Shown: in pieces, positions 1 to 8,147 of the stretch
Numbering within the stretch: position 1 is the first letter of the stretch
How the letters are laid out: every line of letters begins with the position of its first letter
Assembly: GCA_963767925.1 (NCBI GenBank)
Contig: CAVYGB010000010.1
Coordinates: 1,791,626 to 1,855,625 of the forward strand
Direction of reading: 5' to 3'
Source: an uncultured delta proteobacterium
GTDB lineage: Bacteria; Myxococcota_A; Polyangia; Fen-1088
DNA: 64,000 nucleotides
Notes under the pieces: model-generated
Database searches by the model: none
The model's input: only the letters and a program-made list of their open reading frames with translations
Told to the model about the DNA's origin: nothing
Made by a program: the position numbers and the translations under genes

Positions 1-1143
1 AGCCCCTCACCCGCCGCGAGGTGACCGCCCTCTACCAGCGCGAGCGGATGCGCCTGGCCGATCCCGCGCTACGCCTGGATCGACACGCTGTTCGCCCTGC
101 CCGAGGCGGTGATGTACGTCAGCCTGGTCGACTTCTTCGACCGCTGGGCGGGCGAGCGGCCCCCGTACCTGCAGCTCTGGCGCGACATCCGCGAGTGCAT
201 CGACCTCGCCCACCGCGACGGATCGATAAAGAACCTCGTCTCGGCCGACCTGCCCCAGTACATCGAGCGCGACCCCGCCCTGGCCGAGGCCCTGCACCGC
301 TTCCGCTCGTCGGGCAAGCGGCTGTTCCTGCTGACCAACTCCGACTGGGCCTACACCGACCCGGTGATGACCTACCTGCTGGACGGGGCCCTGCCCGCCT
401 ACCCGAGCTGGCGTAACTTCTTCGACGTCATCATCGTCAGCGGCACCAAGCCGGCCTTCTTCACCGAGGAGCGCCCCTTCGTCGAGCTCGACGCCAACGG
501 GGAGGTCTCGCAGCGCCCCACGAGCGGACCCTTCGTGCGGGGCCGGGTCTACGCCGGCGGCAACCTGCGCGAGTTCGAGGAGCGGGCCCGGGCCCGCGGC
601 GCCGACGTCCTTTACATCGGCGACCACATCTACGGGGACATGTTGCGCTCGCGCAAGTCCTCGGCCTGGCGCACGGCCATGGTGCTGCAGGAGCTGGAGC
701 ACGAGGTGGAGGTCCACGATCGGGTGACGCCGGATCTGCTCCGCCTCGACGATCTCGAGCGCCAGCTCCGCCACCTCGACGCCGAGATCAGCGACAAGCA
801 GATGGTCCTGCGCGCCCTGCAGCGGCGGGAGGGCAGCGACGGCGGCCCCCTGCCCGAGGGCGACGTCGAGCCGGCCAAGCGCGCGGTCAAGGAGACCTTG
901 ACCCGCCTGCGCGGCGAGCTGCGCGGGAGCATGGAGGAGCACCGCCGCCTGGAGGACACCCTCGACGCCGCCTTCAACCCCCACTGGGGCCCGATGTTCC
1001 GGGAGGGCCACGAGATCAGCAAGTTCGGCGAGCAGGTCGAGGCCTACGCCTGCGTCTACACGAGCCGCGTGTCCAACTTCCGCTTTTACTCGCCCAACCG
1101 CCACTTCCGCGGCCCCCGCGACCGCATGCCCCACGAACGCTGA
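1..1143 (+). CDS. HAD-IG family 5'-nucleotidase, 5'-partial, with an apparent +1 frameshift near nt 63-66
   Basis: Motifs [30 protein letters not shown] and [12 protein letters not shown]. The upstream frame (…RMRLADP) joins [13 protein letters not shown] after removing one base. Confidence 0.9.
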
Positions 1144-1211
1144 TGCCCGCCCGACCGCCGTCGTGCGGGACGGGTAGCGGGAGGCGCGGTCTGCGGGTAT
1201 GAAGCGCGATC

Positions 1212-1715
1212 ATGGCGCTCGTACGACTCGAGAGCTCAGGTGATGCCCCCGGGATCGAGGCTGTCCTCGTGGCGGCCTTTCCCGGGATCGGCGAGGCCCG
1301 CCTCGTGAACCTGCTGCGGGCGGCGGGGCGGCTGACCGTGTCGGTGGTGGCCGAGGCAGAGGGCCGGGTTGTCGGGCACGTGGCCTTCAGCCCGGTGACG
1401 GTAGCCAGCGGCGCGATAGGGGTGGGCCTGGCGCCGGTCGGGGTGTTGCCCAGGCAGCAGCGGCTCGGGATCGGCGGCCGGATGATCGAGGCCGGGCTGG
1501 AACGTTGCCGGCAAGCGGGGTTCACCTGGGCGGTGGTGCTGGGGGACCCCGCCTATTACGGGCGCTTCGGGTTCCGGCCGGCGAGCACCTTCGGCCTCGA
1601 CGACGAATACGGAGGTGGCCCGGCTTTCCAGGCGCTGGAGCTGGTCCCCGACGGCGCGCCCCGGGGCGCCGGCCTGGTTCGCTACGCGCCCGAGTTCGGC
1701 TCGCTGGACGCCTGA
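1212..1715 (+). CDS. GNAT N-acetyltransferase (YhbS-like)
   Basis: VVGHVAFSPV, LAPVGVLP..QRLGIG, VVLGDPAYYGRFGF. Confidence 0.9.
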   Translation: MALVRLESSGDAPGIEAVLVAAFPGIGEARLVNLLRAAGRLTVSVVAEAEGRVVGHVAFSPVTVASGAIGVGLAPVGVLPRQQRLGIGGRMIEAGLERCRQAGFTWAVVLGDPAYYGRFGFRPASTFGLDDEYGGGPAFQALELVPDGAPRGAGLVRYAPEFGSLDA

Positions 1716-2019
1716 GCTTCGCCGATCCCGGCGGGCCATTTGCGAACTTGGCACGGGAAGTCGGACTTGACACCACAGCAGGCCACACGCACCATCCTGC
1801 CTGCGTCGCTGACCCAACCCTGACTCCGTCAGCCAGATCGGTGCGCATCGAAAATCCCGCCTACTTCAAGCAGCAGGCCGCCGACGTTGCCGGGCACTCG
1901 GCCAGGGTGCCGGCGGCCGCCGGCGCCGGCCTCCCGCTCCCGGCTCGGTCGGGGCGCGGCGGGGACGGATCCTTCGCTCCACCTGGCCGACCGGAGCATC
2001 GGCTCCGGCATCCCGTCCC

Positions 2020-3588
2020 ATGGAGGTCCTCATGAAGTCTCGTCCGCGCTTCTTCTCGCTCTACGCCGCGATCGCCGTGCTGGCAGCGCTGGTTGTCACC
2101 CCGGTCGTCGCCCACCCCCCAGAAGCCCCCTTCGACTCAACCGTCTTCGCCGGCGTCGAGGACGAGAAGGGGATGGAGATCGGCATCGAGAAGGTGGCGG
2201 ACGGGTTCGTCGCGCCGGTCCGGGGCACCAGCGCCCCCGGCGACGCCGGTCGCCTGTACGTGACCGACCAGGCGGGCAAGCTCTGGGCGATCACCCTGGC
2301 CACCGGTGCGAAGGTCGTCCTGCTCGACGTGACGAGCCGGCTGGTCCCGCTCGGTGTCGGCGGTGAAGGCACCTTCGACGAGCGCGGCTTCCTCGGGGTC
2401 GCCTTCCACCCCGACTACCAGAAGAATCGCAAGCTCTACACCTATACCACCGAGCCGAACGCCGGCGCCCCCAGCCTGCCCACCACCATCCCGGCCGGCA
2501 AGACCGCCAACCACCAGAACGTCATCGCCGAGTGGCTGGTCAACGACCCGGCCAACCCGGGCGCCGGCGTGGTGATGACCAGCCGCCGCGAGATCTGGCG
2601 GCTCGATCACCCGCAGTTCAACCACAACGGCGGCGACATCACCTTCGGACCGGACGGCAAGCTGTACATCCCGGAGGGCGACGGCGGCGGCGGCGACGAC
2701 CTCGACGGCGACCTCAGCCTCGGCGAGCCGGCCGTGTTCGGCCACAGCGGCGACGGCAACGCCCAGAAGCTCACCGTCCCCCTCGGCAAGATCCACCGCA
2801 TCGACGTCGACGGGCGCGACTCGAGCAACGGCCAGTACGGCATCCCCTCGGACAACCCCTTCGTGGGCATGCCGGGCGCGATCAAGGAGATCTGGGCCTA
2901 CGGCCTGCGCAACCCGTGGCGCATCTCCTTCGACACCCAGACCGGCGTGCTCACCGCCGGCGACATCGGCCAGAACGACATCGAGGAGGTCGACGTCATC
3001 GTCAAGGGTGGCAACTACGGCTGGAACCACAAGGAAGGCACCCTCTGCTTCGACAACAAGGGGTTCGATCCGGGCGTGGGCACGGCGACCTGCCCGGCCA
3101 ACCTGCCGACGGGGCTGATCGACCCGGTCGCCCAGTTCGACACCCACCACGAGGGCCACTCGGTCATCGGCGGCTTCGTCTACCGGGGTAGCAAGATCCC
3201 CGAGCTGCAGGGTCGCTACGTGTTCGGCGAGTGGTCGCGGCTGTTCGACTTCCCCAGCGCCGTCGACAACTACGGCCGCATCTTTTACCTCCCGGCGACC
3301 GACCTCGCCGCCCCCGGCCCGCCCCGCGAGATCCAGGAGTTCAAGGGCTTCGCCGAGGCCGCCGCCGCGCTCGGCCTGACCGACACCGCCCGCCCGGCCA
3401 AGGCCTTCAAGCAGAGCATCTCGGTGCTCGGCATGGGTCAGGACGCCGCCGGCGAGGTCTACGTGCTCGGCAACCGCACCGGCCGCCCCTTCGGTAGCGA
3501 CGGTATCGTCCTGCGCCTCACCAAGGTCGGCGGCACCCCCGATCCGACCGACCCGCCCGCCTCGGGCTGCAGCTACACCGGCTTCTGA
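2020..3588 (+). CDS. Secreted PQQ-dependent glucose/sorbosone dehydrogenase-family beta-propeller
   Basis: Signal peptide; ERGFLGVAFHPDY, NHNGG..FGPDGKLY, YGLRNPWR, GGNYGW. Confidence 0.9.
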   Translation: MEVLMKSRPRFFSLYAAIAVLAALVVTPVVAHPPEAPFDSTVFAGVEDEKGMEIGIEKVADGFVAPVRGTSAPGDAGRLYVTDQAGKLWAITLATGAKVVLLDVTSRLVPLGVGGEGTFDERGFLGVAFHPDYQKNRKLYTYTTEPNAGAPSLPTTIPAGKTANHQNVIAEWLVNDPANPGAGVVMTSRREIWRLDHPQFNHNGGDITFGPDGKLYIPEGDGGGGDDLDGDLSLGEPAVFGHSGDGNAQKLTVPLGKIHRIDVDGRDSSNGQYGIPSDNPFVGMPGAIKEIWAYGLRNPWRISFDTQTGVLTAGDIGQNDIEEVDVIVKGGNYGWNHKEGTLCFDNKGFDPGVGTATCPANLPTGLIDPVAQFDTHHEGHSVIGGFVYRGSKIPELQGRYVFGEWSRLFDFPSAVDNYGRIFYLPATDLAAPGPPREIQEFKGFAEAAAALGLTDTARPAKAFKQSISVLGMGQDAAGEVYVLGNRTGRPFGSDGIVLRLTKVGGTPDPTDPPASGCSYTGF

Positions 3589-3593
3589 TCGAC

Positions 3594-4376
3594 TCAGGGA
3601 AGATCGAAGAGGAGGCCGGCGGTGGCGCTGGTGAAGTTGGCCCAGTTGCGAAATTGCTGGGCCGGCACGCTGGCGCCGCCGCCGTAGAGGCGGGCGGTGA
3701 AGGTGACGTGCAGGAGGCGGCGGACCGGGATGCCCAGGGTGAGGGCGAGGTCGTAGATGCCGCCGGTCGTCTCGCCGAGCAGGCCGAAGGTGGAGAGCCC
3801 GTCGGCCTCGAGGCCGGCCCAGGGTCGGTCGGGATGTGGCGTGTAGCGTAGGCGAGCCTTGAGGGCGAAGACAGGACCGATGTCGTCCTGGGCGGCGTGG
3901 CGCTGCCCGTCGCCCGAGCTGAAGGCGACGTCGGCGTTGCGCACCTGGAAGCTGCCGCCCAGCTCGAGCGCGAACGGAGCGGGGAGCAGCTCGTACAGAT
4001 ACGAAAAACGCAGACCGTCGAACAGGTAGCGGTGGTCCACCACGCTGCCGGCGGGGAAGACCAGGTCGCGGAAGCGAAGCTCCCGGGCCAGCGTCACCCG
4101 GGTGCGCAGCTCGAGCGGGATATAGGTGAAGGCGAACCGGTGCCGGCCCGGTCGCAGCTCGATGGCGGCCCGCTCGATGCGGGCGAGGTTCTTCTGCTGG
4201 CCGACGTCCGCGGCCCCGTAGGAGGTCCCCCCGTCGCCGTAAGTGCCGTCGTTCTGGGCGACGTATACCGGCCCGGTCTCGTAGCTGAGGCGCAGGGGGA
4301 GGGCGGCCTCCACCGGGAGCGCGAACAGGGACGGAGAGAGGGCCGCCAACACCAGCCAGGGGATCGATCTCGGCAT
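3594..4376 (-). CDS. Secreted hypothetical protein, probable outer-membrane beta-barrel
   Basis: Signal peptide from ATG 4376; alternating beta-strand pattern; aromatic residue near the C-terminus. Confidence 0.65.
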   Translation of the reverse strand: MPRSIPWLVLAALSPSLFALPVEAALPLRLSYETGPVYVAQNDGTYGDGGTSYGAADVGQQKNLARIERAAIELRPGRHRFAFTYIPLELRTRVTLARELRFRDLVFPAGSVVDHRYLFDGLRFSYLYELLPAPFALELGGSFQVRNADVAFSSGDGQRHAAQDDIGPVFALKARLRYTPHPDRPWAGLEADGLSTFGLLGETTGGIYDLALTLGIPVRRLLHVTFTARLYGGGASVPAQQFRNWANFTSATAGLLFDLP

Positions 4377-4639
4377 GGTGGTTGGATGCGTCCCGGCCCC
4401 AGGCCGTGCCAGTCCGGGCGACGCCCGGCAGCCCACCCCACGGTACACCAACCCGGTCCCCTGCCGCGACACATCGAGCCGGCTCGCCAGGACATGTCGG
4501 GGAGCCTTCCGGCGGGGAGAGTCGCGCGCGGCGCCCGGGACGCGGTAGGGTGGTACGCCGGTGGACGCGATGAAACCGGGTTGGCTGGCCTCCTCGTTGG
4601 CGGTCTCGGCCTGTGGCGTGGACAACTGACGGCGCCCCC

Positions 4640-6955
4640 ATGGCGGCAGACCTGCGCACCCCGATCTTCCGCGGCCTGCGCCTGCCCGCCCGGGGGGCGG
4701 CGCGCTGGCAGCCTTACACGGCGGCCCTCGCCGGCGTGGTCCTGGCGACCTTGATCCGCCTGCCGTTCGAGGGGTGGCTGCAAGGGCGGGCCCCCTTCGC
4801 GCTCTACTTCCTCCCCATCCTGGCGACGGCCTGGTTCTTCGGGGTGGGGCCCACCGTGCTGGCCACCATCAGCGCGCTGCTGGCCGCCTGGTTCGTCTAC
4901 GTGCCGCCGGCCTGGTCGTTCGCCCTGCCCGACGCCGGCAACCGGTACGCCCTGGTGGTCTTCTTGCTGGTGGCGGCGGCGATGGTCTGGCTGGCCCGGG
5001 CGGCGGCGGCGACCCGGCGAGCGGCCCTGGCGGCGCTGGTGGTGGCGGCGCGCGCGCAGCGAGCGGCGGCGGCCACCGTGTGGGACTGGGCCCGGCTGGC
5101 CCCCTCGGTCCACCCCGACGACCGCCCGCGGGTCGAGGAGGCCCTCGCCCGGGCCCTGCAGAGCGGCCGGAGCATCCAGCTCGAGCTGCGCGTGAAGGAC
5201 CCGGCCCGGGGCGATCGCTGGCTGATCGCCGCCTGCGACGTCATGCGCGACGATGAGGGGCGCCGCCTCGAGGGCATGACCATCGACATCACCGAGCGCA
5301 AGCTGGCCGAGCGGTCCCTCGCCGAGCAGCGCGAGCGCTTCCGGGTGACCCTGTCGAGCATCGGCGACGCGGTCATCACCACCGACCGGGAGGCCCGGGT
5401 CACCTTCCTGAATCCGGTGGCCGAGACCCTCACCGGCTGGACCAGCCAGGCCGCTCAGGGCCGGCACCTCGACGAGGTGTTTCGCCTCGTCAACGAGGAC
5501 AACCGCCAGCCGGTCAGCAACCCCTGCGACAAGGTGCTGCACAGCGGGGCGGTGGTGGGGCTGGCCAACCACACCGCCCTGGTGGCCCGCGACGGCAGCG
5601 AGCGCCCCATCGCCGACAGCGCCGCGCCCATCTTCGACGACCGCCAGAACATCCTGGGGGTGGTGCTGGTGTTCCGCGACGTCTCGGCCGAGCGGAGCAC
5701 CCAGCTCGAGCAGCGGGCGGCCGAGCGAGACCGCGAGCAGCTCCTCGAGAGCGAGCGGGCGGCCCGCGCCGAAGCCGAGCGGGCCACCCGCCTCAAGGAC
5801 GAGTTCGTGGCCACCCTGTCGCACGAGCTGCGCACGCCCCTCAACGCCATCTTGGGCTGGACCCAGCTCCTGCGGCGGGGCCCCCCCGCCGACGCCACCG
5901 TCCTGGCCCGCGGGCTGGAGGTGATCGAGCGCAACACCCGCCTGCAGGCCCAGCTCATCTCCGACCTGCTCGACGTCAGCCGCATCGTCTCGGGCAAGCT
6001 GCGGCTGGAGCTGGAGCTGGTGAATCTGGGGGCGGTGATCGACGCCGCGGTGGAGACGGTGCGCGAGGCGGCGGTGACCAAGAAGGTCGAGCTAAAGCAG
6101 GTGAAGGACCCCGACGTGCCCCCCCTGGTGGGCGACCACGCCCGCTTGCAACAGATCGTCTGGAACCTGCTGTCCAACGCCATCAAGTTCAGCGAGCCGG
6201 GGGCCGCCGTCACCGTGACCCTCTCGCGCCAGGACGTGGCGGCGGTGCTGACGGTCAGCGACCAGGGCGTCGGCATCAAGCCGGAGTTCGTCCCCTTCCT
6301 TTTCGATCGCTTCCGCCAGGCCGACAGCTCGACCAGCCGGCGGTTCGGCGGGCTGGGCCTGGGGCTGGCCATCGTCAAGCAGCTCACCGAGCTGCACAAC
6401 GGGGTGGTGGCGGCCCGGAGCGCGGGCGAGGGCCAGGGCGCCACCTTCACCGTGCGCCTGCCGCTGGGGGTGGCCCGCGAGGAGAGCGCGCCCGATCGCG
6501 GCGGCGGCAACGGCAAAGATCCCCTGGCCCTCGCCGGCGCCGGCCGGCTCGACGGCCTGCGCGTGCTGGTGGTGGAGGACGACGACGACACGCGCGAGCT
6601 GGTCACCCGCCTGCTGGCCGAGAGCGGGGCCCAGGTGTCGACCGCCGCCGCGGCCTCCCCGGCCATCGAGCGCTTCCAGGCCGACGGCGCCGACCTCCTG
6701 ATCAGCGACATCGGCCTGCCGGGCGAAGACGGCTACAGCCTCATCGCCCGCCTGCGCGCCCTCGAGGGGAGCAACGGGGCCAGCGTGCCGGCCATCGCCT
6801 TGACCGCCTTTGCCCGCTCGGAGGACCGCACGCGCGCGCTGCAGGCCGGGTTCCAGGCCCACCTGGCCAAGCCGGTCGAGCCGGCCGAGCTGCTGGCCAC
6901 GGTGGCCAGCTTCGCCTCGATGCTGCGCAGCCGGGCTCAGCCGCCCGGGGGGTAG
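4640..6955 (+). CDS. Membrane hybrid sensor histidine kinase (DUF4118-like TM region, PAS, HisKA, HATPase, REC)
   Basis: SHELRTPLNAI H-box, NLLSNAIKF N-box, GGLGLGLAIV G2-box, C-terminal VLVVEDD…SDIGLP…KP receiver. Confidence 0.95.
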   Translation: MAADLRTPIFRGLRLPARGAARWQPYTAALAGVVLATLIRLPFEGWLQGRAPFALYFLPILATAWFFGVGPTVLATISALLAAWFVYVPPAWSFALPDAGNRYALVVFLLVAAAMVWLARAAAATRRAALAALVVAARAQRAAAATVWDWARLAPSVHPDDRPRVEEALARALQSGRSIQLELRVKDPARGDRWLIAACDVMRDDEGRRLEGMTIDITERKLAERSLAEQRERFRVTLSSIGDAVITTDREARVTFLNPVAETLTGWTSQAAQGRHLDEVFRLVNEDNRQPVSNPCDKVLHSGAVVGLANHTALVARDGSERPIADSAAPIFDDRQNILGVVLVFRDVSAERSTQLEQRAAERDREQLLESERAARAEAERATRLKDEFVATLSHELRTPLNAILGWTQLLRRGPPADATVLARGLEVIERNTRLQAQLISDLLDVSRIVSGKLRLELELVNLGAVIDAAVETVREAAVTKKVELKQVKDPDVPPLVGDHARLQQIVWNLLSNAIKFSEPGAAVTVTLSRQDVAAVLTVSDQGVGIKPEFVPFLFDRFRQADSSTSRRFGGLGLGLAIVKQLTELHNGVVAARSAGEGQGATFTVRLPLGVAREESAPDRGGGNGKDPLALAGAGRLDGLRVLVVEDDDDTRELVTRLLAESGAQVSTAAAASPAIERFQADGADLLISDIGLPGEDGYSLIARLRALEGSNGASVPAIALTAFARSEDRTRALQAGFQAHLAKPVEPAELLATVASFASMLRSRAQPPGG

Positions 6956-8079
6956 CCGATCGCCTCCAGGGCGGCGTCGTTGAGGGCCCGGCGCAGGATC
7001 CGGAAGCGCGGATCGTCGCGCACGGTGGGGTGGACCCGGTTCGACAGCACCAGCACGAACACCTCGCGTTCGGGATCGATCCACAGCGAGCAGCCGGTGA
7101 AGGCCAGGTGCCCGACCGCCGCCCGCGCGATGCGATCGCCGGCCAGCGACCCGGTCGCCGCCGGTCCGTCCCAGCCCAGCCGCCAGTTCGATCCGGGCAC
7201 CCCGGCCGGGGCCCAGAACCGGCGCAGCACTTCGCGATCGACGAGGGGCCGCTGGCCGGCCGCCAGGGCCGCGCCCCGGTAGGCGGCGCACAGCGCGTGG
7301 ACGAGGGTCGCGACGCCGGCGGCGTCGCCGAACAGCCCGGCGTGGCCGGCCACCCCGCCCATGGCGAACGCGTTGAGGTCGTGGACCTCGCCCAGCACGA
7401 TCCGCCCGCGAACCGGGCAGCGCTCGGTGGCGGCGATGTTCTCATCGGGACTTGCAATCCCCGAGCCGAGGGCGCCGATCGGGCGATAGGCCAGCGAGGT
7501 GATGCCGAGGGAAGCGAAGCGATCGGCCGCCGCGACATCGAGCCTCCTGCCGAGCCTTCGCTCGAGGAAGTGGCCCAGCAATATGAACCCAACATCCGAG
7601 TAGATCGATCGGGTACCGGGCGGATACGCCAGCGGGACCCGGCCAGCCGCTTGCACGACGGCGGCCCGCGCCGACTCGGTGCCCGCGCCTTGCCCCTGCG
7701 GGCCGAGGGCCTCCGCGTAAAAAGGACGGTGAGCCGGGAACCCGGCGCTGTGCGAAAGGGCGGCCCGCAGGCTGATTTTCCCTGTCACCTCCGGTGGTTC
7801 GCCGGCGGGCGCGGCGCCCAGCGGCTCGTCCAGATTGATGGCGGCCTGCTCCAGCGCGCCCATACACAATAGAGATGTGACGAGGGGTTTGGTGAGGGAG
7901 GCCAGGTCCCAGATCGTGTCAGCGGTGGCCGGCAGGGACGCCGGCTCGACCTGGCGATCCCCGAACACGAGAAGGTGGCTCTGCCCTTCTCGACCGATCA
8001 ATATGGTGAGCCCGGAAACGGTCCGGGCAGCCACCGCATCCTCCGAGATCGTGCGAAGATGCCTGTCGCTCACGGTCAT
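6937..8079 (-). CDS. Serine hydrolase, beta-lactamase/class C PBP family
   Basis: DLASLTKP (SxxK), YSDVG, GHAGLF, GHLAFTG. Confidence 0.9.
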   Translation of the reverse strand: MTVSDRHLRTISEDAVAARTVSGLTILIGREGQSHLLVFGDRQVEPASLPATADTIWDLASLTKPLVTSLLCMGALEQAAINLDEPLGAAPAGEPPEVTGKISLRAALSHSAGFPAHRPFYAEALGPQGQGAGTESARAAVVQAAGRVPLAYPPGTRSIYSDVGFILLGHFLERRLGRRLDVAAADRFASLGITSLAYRPIGALGSGIASPDENIAATERCPVRGRIVLGEVHDLNAFAMGGVAGHAGLFGDAAGVATLVHALCAAYRGAALAAGQRPLVDREVLRRFWAPAGVPGSNWRLGWDGPAATGSLAGDRIARAAVGHLAFTGCSLWIDPEREVFVLVLSNRVHPTVRDDPRFRILRRALNDAALEAIGYPPGG

Positions 8080-8147
8080 CGGCAGAAAGGCTAACAGTTC
8101 CGACGGCGCGGGGGTGAGGGGTCCCATCCAGAACGTGTCCGCCGCCC

